Part shown: piece after piece, positions 8,106 through 15,933 of the stretch
Layout: each line of letters begins with the position of its first letter
Numbering within the stretch: position 1 is the first letter of the stretch
Assembly: GCA_015068465.1 (NCBI GenBank)
Contig: SVKM01000001.1
Location: 1,552-65,551 of the forward strand
DNA from: Oscillospiraceae bacterium
Lineage (GTDB): Bacteria; Bacillota; Clostridia; Oscillospirales; Oscillospiraceae
DNA length: 64,000 bases
Direction of reading: 5' to 3'
Program-made: the position numbers and the translations under genes
The notes under the pieces: model-generated
Seen by the model: only the letters and a program-made list of their open reading frames with translations
What the model was told of the DNA's origin: nothing
Databases searched by the model: none

Positions 8106-8873
8106 GTGACAAACCGGGAAATGCTGGAGATTGCAATGAGGCAGTCCGCGGAGGACATCGGATGCGCCTGCGCGGATTTTACGCGCAACGAGAACGTGGT
8201 CGTTCCCTTTCGCCTCGGGGAAAACGCCCGCCGTTACTATAAGCTGCCCATCACCTGCAACCTTGTGTCGTACGGGAATAACATCGTCGCGGCGACGGCG
8301 GACGAGGTTTCCGACGTCGTGACGGCGTATATCGGGAAGTACGAGTTCTATCATTGTTTCGAAACGCCGAATCTGCACTGGCTGAACGAACGGCTCATGG
8401 AAAAAGGGCACAAGGTTTGCTTTATGGCGGAGTATTATCTTTTCGACGCAGGCAGGGCGCCGAAGCTCGCCTGCGGCTATGAAACGCGCCTCCTGGGGCC
8501 GGCGGATTTTGCGGCGCTGTACCTTCCCGAATGGAGCAACGCCCTGTGCGAGGACAGAAAGCAGCTCGACGTCCTCGGCGTGGGCGCGTATGACAACGGA
8601 AAACTGATCGGGCTCGCCGGCTGCTCCGCCGACTGTGAGGATATGTGGCAGATCGGCATAGACGTTCTGCCGGCGTACAGGCGGCAAGGGATCGCCTCCG
8701 CGCTGACCGGCGCCCTTGCGAGGGAGATCATGGCGCGCGGAAAGGTGCCGTTTTATTGTTCGGCGTGGTCGAATATCCGGTCCGTGCGCAACGCCGTGAA
8801 AAGCGGCTTTATCCCGGCGTGGGTCGAAATGACCGCAAAGCCGGCAAAGACCGTTGCGGATATCGTCGGCTGA
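8106..8873 (+). CDS. GNAT-family N-acetyltransferase
   Basis: C-terminal QIGIDVLPAYRRQGIASAL acetyl-CoA motif and NIRSVRNAVKSGF; probable GTG start at 8106. Confidence 0.85.
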   Translation: MTNREMLEIAMRQSAEDIGCACADFTRNENVVVPFRLGENARRYYKLPITCNLVSYGNNIVAATADEVSDVVTAYIGKYEFYHCFETPNLHWLNERLMEKGHKVCFMAEYYLFDAGRAPKLACGYETRLLGPADFAALYLPEWSNALCEDRKQLDVLGVGAYDNGKLIGLAGCSADCEDMWQIGIDVLPAYRRQGIASALTGALAREIMARGKVPFYCSAWSNIRSVRNAVKSGFIPAWVEMTAKPAKTVADIVG

Positions 8874-8898
8874 CCGCCGGCGCGCCGGGGGACGGCGA

Positions 8899-9064
8899 AA
8901 AAAGGCGCCGCGCCTCGCACTCGGGATACTCGCGGTGCTCGGCGCGGCGGCTGCCGCTTCTTTTGTATAACGGGAAGCGGGGCAGGGGCCTGAAATGGCT
9001 TTTTTATGCCTTCTATCCGGGACACCTTTTGCTTTTGCTCGCGATCAAAAGGCTGATGGGCTGA
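8899..9064 (+). pseudogene. 3' remnant of a TraX-family membrane protein gene
   Basis: LPLLLYNGKRG...WLFYAFYPGHLLLL C-terminal motif; preceding hydrophobic segment (RLALGILAVLGAA) is in another frame; no start codon or RBS. Confidence 0.7.
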
Positions 9065-9068
9065 TGCG

Positions 9069-10106
9069 TCAGCTCTCCCGTCCCTTTCCCCGCAGGCGCC
9101 TCGCCTTTGCGACGCCCTTGCTCCACTCGCGCTTTCGGCGCAGCAGGTCTTCGTTGTCCCGCGATTCGTCGCGCAGCTTGCGATAGCTTTCCCAGCGCGA
9201 CGCGTCCAGCTCGCCCGCGGCGATCGCCGCGCGGATGGCGCAGCCGGGCTCGCGCTCGTGGCTGCAATCGGAGAAGCGGCATTTCCCCAGCAGCGCCTCT
9301 ACGTCCGCGAAAGCGCTCTCCAGCCCGTCCGAGGACTCCGCCATGCCGAGCTCGCGCATGCCCGGGGTGTCGATGACCAGCACGCCGCTTTGCAAACGGA
9401 CGAGCTGGCGGTGGGTCGTGGTATGGCGGCCCTTGCCGTCGAGTTCGCGGATGCCGCCGGTCGCCATGACCTCCTCCCCGGCAAGCGCGTTGACCAGACT
9501 GGACTTGCCCACGCCGGAGGAGCCGAGAAACACCAGCGTCTTCCCCGGCTGCAGATAGGGGGCGAGCCGCTCCAGCCCCTCGCCGGTCTGCGCGCTGACC
9601 GCGTGCGCGGCGACCCCGGGCGCGACGCGCTCCGCCTGCGCGAGAAAGGCGGCGCGGTCGTCCGTCAGATCCGCCTTGGTCAGCACGATCACGGGCTGCG
9701 CGCCGGACTGCCACGCGAGCGTGAGATAGCGCTCAAGGCGCCGGAGATTGAAGTTTTGGTTCATCGACTGCAGGAGGAAGACGCAGTCGAAATTCGCGGC
9801 GATCGCCTGCTCCTTCACGGTCGGTCCGCTCGCGCGGCGGGCGAAGAAGGATCGGCGCGGCAGGGTGCGCAGGATCTGGCCGTCCCCGTTTTCGACCTCG
9901 CGCACCGTCACATAGTCCCCCACCGTGGGGAAGAGCTCTTCGCCCGCGTAGTACGCGCCCGTTTTCAGCCGGGCGTAGGAAAAGCCGCTCGGGCTGACGA
10001 TCTCATAGCGTTCCTTGTGCTGCGCGGTGATCCGCGCCGGAACGCCCGCAAGCCCCTCCGTGTCCGGAACGGGGCCAAAGTCGTTTATCGTAAGATTTTC
10101 GATCAA
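9069..10106 (-). CDS. rsgA: Ribosome small subunit-dependent GTPase A (RsgA) homologue
   Basis: PTVGDYV, TKAD, GSSGVGKSSL, GRHTTT, DTPGMRE, CRFSDCSH.EPGC zinc finger; TTG start behind GGGAGG. Confidence 0.93.
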   Translation of the reverse strand: MIENLTINDFGPVPDTEGLAGVPARITAQHKERYEIVSPSGFSYARLKTGAYYAGEELFPTVGDYVTVREVENGDGQILRTLPRRSFFARRASGPTVKEQAIAANFDCVFLLQSMNQNFNLRRLERYLTLAWQSGAQPVIVLTKADLTDDRAAFLAQAERVAPGVAAHAVSAQTGEGLERLAPYLQPGKTLVFLGSSGVGKSSLVNALAGEEVMATGGIRELDGKGRHTTTHRQLVRLQSGVLVIDTPGMRELGMAESSDGLESAFADVEALLGKCRFSDCSHEREPGCAIRAAIAAGELDASRWESYRKLRDESRDNEDLLRRKREWSKGVAKARRLRGKGRES

Positions 10107-10161
10107 GGTATGATACCTCCCATTTAAGCTTGTGGTGGAAGCGGATAAAAACAGTCATCAT
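10003..10161 (-). other. Candidate leader ORF 2 (MMTVFIRFHHKLKWEV..., 52 aa) overlapping the rsgA RBS and start out of frame
   Basis: Strong RBS AAAGGAG upstream of tandem ATGs at 10161 and 10158. Confidence 0.5.
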
Positions 10162-10198
10162 ACAACACTCCTTTCGTTTGCCGCCGGCCGGAAAAGGG

Positions 10199-10249
10199 TA
10201 CAAAAATACCGCAGACAAGCAGCTCTCGTCATGGCTGCCTCTGCGGTAT
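10199..10249 (-). terminator. Intrinsic terminator inside the rsgA 5' leader (attenuator)
   Basis: ATACCGCAGA...TCTGCGGTAT stem with inner GGCAGC/GCTGCT pairing, followed by TTTTGT. Confidence 0.7.
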
Positions 10250-10331
10250 CCATATATCCGAAAGATACTTTCCTGCGCGCAGAAAAGCAAACGGGGACAA
10301 GCGCCCCGGAAAGCCCTGCGCCGATATTCAC

Positions 10332-10361
10332 TTAGCCGGTGACGACCTCGCAGACAGACAT
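10332..10361 (-). other. Candidate leader peptide 1 (MSVCEVVTG)
   Basis: 9 codons plus TAA behind RBS GAAAGGAGA, about 40 nt after the predicted +1. Confidence 0.55.
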
Positions 10362-10409
10362 ACTTTGTATCTCCTTTCCGATCCGCCTTCGCGGATCCTT
10401 GCTGACCTA

Positions 10410-10438
10410 ACTGTAGCACCGAAGGCGCGCGCTGTCAA
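10410..10438 (-). promoter_or_regulatory. sigma70 promoter for the rsgA leader
   Basis: TTGACA-17-TACAGT. Confidence 0.7.
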
Positions 10439-10553
10439 TCTGTTTTTGCGGCCGCCGTTTTGCGCTGGACGCTGCGCGCGGAAGGTGCTATAATAATTTT
10501 GCTGTGTCGATATTTGCGCAATACGCTATGGTCCGAAAACAGGAGGGCCCGAT

Positions 10554-11663
10554 ATGAAGGCAAAAAAATGTTTCGCGCTGCTGCTCGCCGCGCTGTCGCT
10601 CCTCGGCGTTGTTCTCGCGGGATTTGGCGCGGGCGGCGCGGCGTCCGCGTCCGGCTCCGGCAAGTATTCGGAGGGCGTGAACGCAAGATGCGAGATCACC
10701 GGCTATCACCGCTATCAGGGTGAAAACAGCGGCTGCTTTCTCTCCAAAGGGGACAAGGTCGCCGTGATCTCGCCGTCCGAGCTGCCGACGCGCAAGCGGG
10801 TCGACGCGACGGTCAACGGCCTCAGGGCATGGGGCTTCGTTCCGGTGACGGGGAAATATGTCTGTCCGCAGACGCGCACGCTCGACGAGCTGATCGCGGA
10901 TCTCACCTGGGCGCTGAACGATCCCGCGATCAAGGCGGTCTTTTGCGTGAGAGGCGGCTCCGGGGCGTCGGACGTGATGGACGCGGTCGCGCTGGAGCTG
11001 ATCCGAAACGCGAACAAGCCGATCATCGGCTACAGCGACATCACGGTCTACCATTCCGCCTGGGCAGCGGCAGGCGTCCCGTCGATCCACGCCGGCATGA
11101 GCGATGCGTTCACCTATATCACCGACGCCTGCGCGAAGGCGGAGCGCCGCATGATGACGGGCGATATACCCTCGTACCGCTGCACGGCGAATACGCCGTG
11201 CGTCAACGGCGAGGCAACGGGCGTCCTGCTCGGCGGCAACCTGTCCACCTTCGTTTCGGTGCTCGGAACGGAATATGACTGCACCCGGACGGACCAGCCG
11301 TACATCCTCTTTTTTGAGGACGTCGACGACAACATGCGGGAGATCCACCGCTACCTTACGATCCTGAAGCATCTGGGCGTTCTGGACCGGGCGTCCGGGA
11401 TCGTCTTCGGCGAATGGACGGACCTTCCGGTGGACGGTGAAGGCAACTTCGGCGCGGTGCGCGGCGGAACATTCCAGTCGGTGGCGGACATGATCTACCG
11501 GGAGTTCCTCGTCGACCCGAGCATTCCCGTGGCATTCGACTTTCCCGCCGGGCACGCCAGGGTCAACTACCCGCTGCTCATGGGCGAAACGGTCAAGCTC
11601 AGCGTTTCCGACGGCGTTTACACGCTGGAGTGGGTCGAGGGAGCGAAGAGCGCGGGCGACTGA
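10554..11663 (+). CDS. Secreted LD-carboxypeptidase (peptidase S66/MccF family)
   Basis: Signal peptide; VAVISPS, VRGGSG, IGYSDIT (Ser), GGNLS, FFEDV (Glu), AGH (His). Confidence 0.9.
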   Translation: MKAKKCFALLLAALSLLGVVLAGFGAGGAASASGSGKYSEGVNARCEITGYHRYQGENSGCFLSKGDKVAVISPSELPTRKRVDATVNGLRAWGFVPVTGKYVCPQTRTLDELIADLTWALNDPAIKAVFCVRGGSGASDVMDAVALELIRNANKPIIGYSDITVYHSAWAAAGVPSIHAGMSDAFTYITDACAKAERRMMTGDIPSYRCTANTPCVNGEATGVLLGGNLSTFVSVLGTEYDCTRTDQPYILFFEDVDDNMREIHRYLTILKHLGVLDRASGIVFGEWTDLPVDGEGNFGAVRGGTFQSVADMIYREFLVDPSIPVAFDFPAGHARVNYPLLMGETVKLSVSDGVYTLEWVEGAKSAGD

Positions 11664-11694
11664 TTTTACGGGGAAATAGCGGAGGACAAACGGT

Positions 11695-12711
11695 ATGGAG
11701 ATGAAGGTGCCGTTCGGGACGGCTGAGCCGATCCCGTTTCGGGAACACGGCTGCGAAGAGGAATTTCTGGCGCGGGTGCGCGGGAGCGCGGAGGTTTCCG
11801 CGCTCCCGGCGGGCTTCGGCGAGGGTACGGACGCGGAGAGCGCGCTCAAAAAGATGATTGCGGCGCTGGTCCCGGACTGCTTCGCGCGCTGGCCCGAGGG
11901 AAAGCTCATCATGGGCTCCGGCAACCGCGAGATACTGGGCGGTCTGCTCGAAGCGGCGCTTGCCGCAAAGGGCGTGACGGCGAAGGTCGAGATCCGCGGC
12001 GTCGACCTTGTGGAAGGGCAGATGGACGCCTATATGAACGCCTGCGGCGAGGCGCTGCGGGAGAGCGTTTCCCCGTCCGTCCGCACGGACGGCCTCACGG
12101 ACGAGGCGCACGGGCCGCTGATCGGCTTTTCCTACGGCCGCTTCTCGCACAGCATGACGATGGGCGGCAGCTCGTCGAGCGGGGACGAGCTCAACTGGAA
12201 CCGCGACGGCAGCATCATCCTGACGAGCAGCTTCAGCGGCGGCGGGAACGACACGCGCCTTGAGTACCGCGTCAAGCCGGAGTGTGCGGAGAAGGTGCGC
12301 GCCTTCGTCGCGGAAAAGCACCTCGCGGCGCTCTCGAAGCAGAAGATCCCGACGCCGGCTGCCTTCGACAACTTTACCAGCTCGTCCTTCCGCATGACCT
12401 TTGACGACAGCGCCCTCGGCGGCAGCGCCTTCGAAATGCTGCACATTGATTGCGGCCCGGCGGGCATGACCTTCCGCAAGCTCGAGGACGAGGCATGGGA
12501 GCTGCTCAAGGAGTGCCGGGAAACCGGGGAGTGCATCGTGCGCGAGGAAAAGGAGATCGGCGGCGCGTTCGGCGGCATGACGGGCTTTCCGGGAATGATG
12601 GGCGGCGGCATGGGCGCGGACATTGGCATGGGCGCCGCGTGGACCTGCGGCAAGTGCGGCCGCGCCGGGAACACGGGCAGATTTTGCCCCGAGTGCGGCA
12701 ATCCGCGGTAG
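11695..12711 (+). CDS. Hypothetical protein with Gly/Met-rich linker and C-terminal zinc ribbon
   Basis: WTCGKCG...RFCPECG at the C-terminus; RBS GGAGG. Confidence 0.7.
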   Translation: MEMKVPFGTAEPIPFREHGCEEEFLARVRGSAEVSALPAGFGEGTDAESALKKMIAALVPDCFARWPEGKLIMGSGNREILGGLLEAALAAKGVTAKVEIRGVDLVEGQMDAYMNACGEALRESVSPSVRTDGLTDEAHGPLIGFSYGRFSHSMTMGGSSSSGDELNWNRDGSIILTSSFSGGGNDTRLEYRVKPECAEKVRAFVAEKHLAALSKQKIPTPAAFDNFTSSSFRMTFDDSALGGSAFEMLHIDCGPAGMTFRKLEDEAWELLKECRETGECIVREEKEIGGAFGGMTGFPGMMGGGMGADIGMGAAWTCGKCGRAGNTGRFCPECGNPR

Positions 12712-12733
12712 GCGGACAGGCACGAACGAAAAG

Positions 12734-12780
12734 AAAAAACGCGGGGAAAGAACGCACCGTTCTTTCCCCGCGTGCTTTTT
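12734..12780. terminator. Bidirectional intrinsic terminator
   Basis: 16-bp stem ACGCGGGGAAAGAACG/CGTTCTTTCCCCGCGT flanked by A and T tracts between convergent genes. Confidence 0.8.
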
Positions 12781-12806
12781 ACGATTGCTGCGATCCCGTT
12801 TCTCGC

Positions 12807-13103
12807 TTACGCGATCTGCGCGACGAGCGCGGTCATCGCGTCGAGGCTCAGGGGGACGTCGGACATCACGGCGTAGCTGTAGCCGCCGTCCGTCCAGATC
12901 GCGGTGCTGACCGTCCCGGCGTCGCCCTTGAGGGTGACTTCGTACTCGCCCACGGCGATCGTTCCGACCTCGGCGTACTCGTTGTAATCGCTGCCGATCT
13001 CCTCGATCGCGGCAGGCTCATCGACCGTGTTGACGCCGTCGTTCGACGCTTTCGCGGACGCGCTTCGGCGCCCTTCTGTCCTGTAAACAACTGAGGTTGG
13101 CAA
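12807..13103 (-). pseudogene. Probable 3' remnant of a secreted/lipoprotein gene (DUF4367-like C-terminal domain)
   Basis: SDYNEYAE...VTLKG...AIWTDGGYSYAV...M.ALV.QI pattern; no RBS or signal peptide upstream. Confidence 0.5.
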
Positions 13104-13193
13104 AATGCTGCAAAATTTTTCAAATATTTTGAAACACGTTTGTTTTTGCGAATGGTAAACGCCGCGCCAAGGCGCGGTTTATCGAATTAATGG

Positions 13194-13222
13194 TTGTCTT
13201 TCCGGGGAAAAGAGGATATAAT
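13194..13222 (+). promoter_or_regulatory. sigma70 promoter
   Basis: TTGTCT-17-TATAAT. Confidence 0.6.
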
Positions 13223-13279
13223 CCCATTATTATTGTTTCCATTTATTACATGCTCTTCGGGCGATGAACGGAGGCTTTT

Positions 13280-14104
13280 ATGAGCGTTGCGCCGATTCGG
13301 AAAATACTGGCGGGGGCCCTGGCGGCCGCGCTTGCGCTTGCGGCGGCCGGCTGCGCGGGAAATGCGCGGAAAGCGGCGCCCGCGCACGACGATTCCCTGC
13401 AACGGGTGATGCTCGAAGAAAGAGAACTCGTCATGGGGCTTGACGGCACCTTTTCGCCCATGGCGTTTACCGATGAATCGGGAGAGATCGTCGGGTTTGA
13501 CGTCGATGTGGCGCAGGAGGTCTGCGACCGCCTCGGCATCCGGCTTGTGAAGAAGGTCATCGACTGGTCGACCAAGGAAGACGCCCTGAACAGCGGGGAG
13601 ATCGACTGCATCTGGGGCGCCATGTCCGCCACCCCCGCGCGCGCCGAAGCGATGAACCTGTCGGATCCGTACATGCAAAACGAGCTTATCTTCGTCGTCT
13701 CGCGCAACAGCGACGTGAGGGTGATGGACGACCTCAGGGGCAAGAGGGTCGGCGTGCAGCCCGCCTCCACGGTAGAGGAGGTGCTCGAGGCGTCCGACAT
13801 CTATCCTGATATTACGGTCGTGCTCACCGACCACGACAACCTTTTGCGGAAGCTGCAGGACGGGGAACTGGACGCGATTCTCACGGATTCGGTGCTTGCG
13901 TACTATTTTCTGTACACAAGCGAAGAGCAGTATTACGTCCTGTCCGACAGCCTGGGCGAAGAGGGGTACGTGATCGGCTTCCGAAAGGGCGATCAGGCGC
14001 TGCGGGACAAGGTACAGGAGATCATCTACGAAATGGGCGCGGACGGAACGCTCGGCGAGATATGCAGGAAGTGGTTCGGCTGCGATATTACGATCGTGCG
14101 CTGA
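13280..14104 (+). CDS. Amino-acid ABC-type substrate-binding lipoprotein (family 3)
   Basis: Lipobox LAAAGC; VMGLDGTFSPM, GFDVDVA, TPARAEAMNLSDPY. Confidence 0.9.
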   Translation: MSVAPIRKILAGALAAALALAAAGCAGNARKAAPAHDDSLQRVMLEERELVMGLDGTFSPMAFTDESGEIVGFDVDVAQEVCDRLGIRLVKKVIDWSTKEDALNSGEIDCIWGAMSATPARAEAMNLSDPYMQNELIFVVSRNSDVRVMDDLRGKRVGVQPASTVEEVLEASDIYPDITVVLTDHDNLLRKLQDGELDAILTDSVLAYYFLYTSEEQYYVLSDSLGEEGYVIGFRKGDQALRDKVQEIIYEMGADGTLGEICRKWFGCDITIVR

Positions 14105-14128
14105 CACGAACTTGAAGGCAGGTGCGCC

Positions 14129-15646
14129 ATGACGGAAAAGAAAAAACTCAGCCTCGCCTCGCGCAACATCATAACGACGACGATCCTCATCGTATTCTTT
14201 CTGGGCGTGATCCTCGCCTATTATACGATGCTCTATTCCGAAACGCGGCAGCGGATCATCAAAAGCGGCGAGCTCAGCGCCCTGACCTCGGCGGAGCAGA
14301 TCGACAAATACCTCTCCGGAGGTATCGACATCATCCGCACGGCGAGCTATGTGCTCGACGACATGATCCGCGACGGCCGTTCCCAAAAGGATATCCACGA
14401 TTATCTGACGAGCCAGTCGCCCGCCATCATCAGAGTCATGTCCGGGAACACCGCCGGATTGTACGGCTACTTTAACGGCGAATATCTCGACGGTCTGGAC
14501 TGGCAGCCCGAGGAGGGCTACGACCCCACGGTGCGCCCGTGGTACATCGGCCCGAAGGCGAGCATCGGCAGGGTCGCCGTCGTCGACCCGTATCTCGATC
14601 TGGACTCCATGACGATCATGGTCGCGTTCGGAAAGACCCTCTGCGACGCGAAGAGCGTGGTTGCGATCGACTTCTCCATGGCGCCGCTCCAGTCCATCAT
14701 GGAGGGGCTTGTCGAATCGGGCGATTCGGACATGGCGATCGTCCTCGACCGAAAGTTTCAGGTCATCGCCCATTCCGACGAGCAAGAGGTGGGGAAAAGC
14801 TATGCCTCGGAGAGCGGCACCTTCGGCAGCGCGCTCATTCAGGGCCTCCGCGCGTCGGAGGAGGATTTCTTCTCGATGCGGTACGACGGCGCGGAATACA
14901 TTGTTTACACGGTGCCGGTGGCAAACAACTGGGTCTGCCTTTCGGTGTGCGACGCGACGAACGAGTTCGGCCAGCTCGAAACCACGCTGATCTTTACGAT
15001 CGTCGCCTCGCTTCTGGTCGTCTGCGTGCTGCTTTTTGTCATGCGCCACGCCAATCGGAAGGCGCAGATCGCGCAGCAGCTGATGGAGAACCTCTCTCAG
15101 GCGGAGAGCGACATCAAGGAAAAAGAGGGCCAGCTCGGCGAGATCAGCAAGGTCGCCTTCCGCGACGCGCTGACCGGAGTCGGCAGCAAGGCGGCGTTCA
15201 ACCAGCTTGCCGAAGAGCTCTCGCCGCAGATCGCGGCGGGAAGGGCTGCGCTCGCGGTCGTGATGGTGGACGTCAACAACCTCAAATACGTCAACGACAA
15301 CTGCGGACACGACAAGGGAGACGAATATCTGCGCGGCTGCTGCCGGATCATCTGCGAGACCTATAAGCACTCTCCCGTGTTCCGCGTCGGCGGCGATGAA
15401 TTTGTCGCCGTGCTGCGAAACGCGGACTACGAAGAGCGCGCAAAGCTGATCGAACAGCTTAACGACACCTTTGAGCAGGCGTATGCGCAGGAAGACAAGT
15501 CCCCGTGGGAGCGTTACTCCGCTGCGGCGGGCATGGCCGAATGCGAGAGCGGGGACAAATCGCTCGATCAGGTGTTCAAGCGCGCGGACAAGGCGATGTA
15601 CGGGGCAAAGCAGGCGTTTAAGACGACGCACGGCAGCTATCGATAA
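14129..15646 (+). CDS. Membrane diguanylate cyclase with extracellular Cache-like domain
   Basis: Two TM segments; YDPTVRPWY and VDPYLD Cache motifs; DALTG, DVNNLKYVND..GH..GD, RVGGDEF. Confidence 0.92.
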   Translation: MTEKKKLSLASRNIITTTILIVFFLGVILAYYTMLYSETRQRIIKSGELSALTSAEQIDKYLSGGIDIIRTASYVLDDMIRDGRSQKDIHDYLTSQSPAIIRVMSGNTAGLYGYFNGEYLDGLDWQPEEGYDPTVRPWYIGPKASIGRVAVVDPYLDLDSMTIMVAFGKTLCDAKSVVAIDFSMAPLQSIMEGLVESGDSDMAIVLDRKFQVIAHSDEQEVGKSYASESGTFGSALIQGLRASEEDFFSMRYDGAEYIVYTVPVANNWVCLSVCDATNEFGQLETTLIFTIVASLLVVCVLLFVMRHANRKAQIAQQLMENLSQAESDIKEKEGQLGEISKVAFRDALTGVGSKAAFNQLAEELSPQIAAGRAALAVVMVDVNNLKYVNDNCGHDKGDEYLRGCCRIICETYKHSPVFRVGGDEFVAVLRNADYEERAKLIEQLNDTFEQAYAQEDKSPWERYSAAAGMAECESGDKSLDQVFKRADKAMYGAKQAFKTTHGSYR

Positions 15647-15728
15647 CGGCCCGCGGGCCATTTGCGGGTATTTGCGCGAAAAGGCGACCGCGCGACGGCA
15701 CGGAGAAACAAAAGGCGGATCGACGCCG

Positions 15729-15763
15729 CAGCGAGCCGGAAAGGGTTTCTTTCCGGCTCGCTG
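15729..15763 (+). terminator. Hairpin after the GGDEF gene
   Basis: 15-bp stem CAGCGAGCCGGAAAG/CTTTCCGGCTCGCTG with a weak U-tail. Confidence 0.55.
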
Positions 15764-15854
15764 TGTGTTATGATCGGGAAAGCGGGACGGAAAGGCGGTC
15801 GGGCAAAGCCGCGCGCCCTGCCGGAGCCGGAATGCGCGTTTTGTGAAAACACCG

Positions 15855-15893
15855 TTGACTTTTGGTAATAAAAGTGCTAAAGTGCGAAAGTGC
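15855..15893 (+). promoter_or_regulatory. aro operon promoter with overlapping palindrome and 8-bp-period repeats
   Basis: TTGACT-17-TAAAGT; ACTTTT-N6-AAAAGT (15858-15875); AAAGTGC at 15871, 15879 and 15887. Confidence 0.7.
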
Positions 15894-15933
15894 GGAAGCG
15901 GCGGAGAACGCCGCATACCGCGGGGGAAAGGAA

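Noticed and set aside
8106-11663. GNAT plus S66 peptidase as a MccE/MccF microcin C immunity pair
   Set aside because: The genes are in separate transcription units, and the S66 protein has a signal peptide, which fits a wall LD-carboxypeptidase.
15775-15835. GGGAAA...GAAA...GCAAAGCC segment resembling a c-di-GMP-I riboswitch
   Set aside because: P2 pairing is poor, and the segment lies between a terminator-like hairpin and the next promoter, so it is probably not transcribed as a leader.
15855-15880. AGTGCTAA as a CIRCE (HrcA) half-site
   Set aside because: The matching TTAGCACTC half is absent and the downstream genes are not chaperones.
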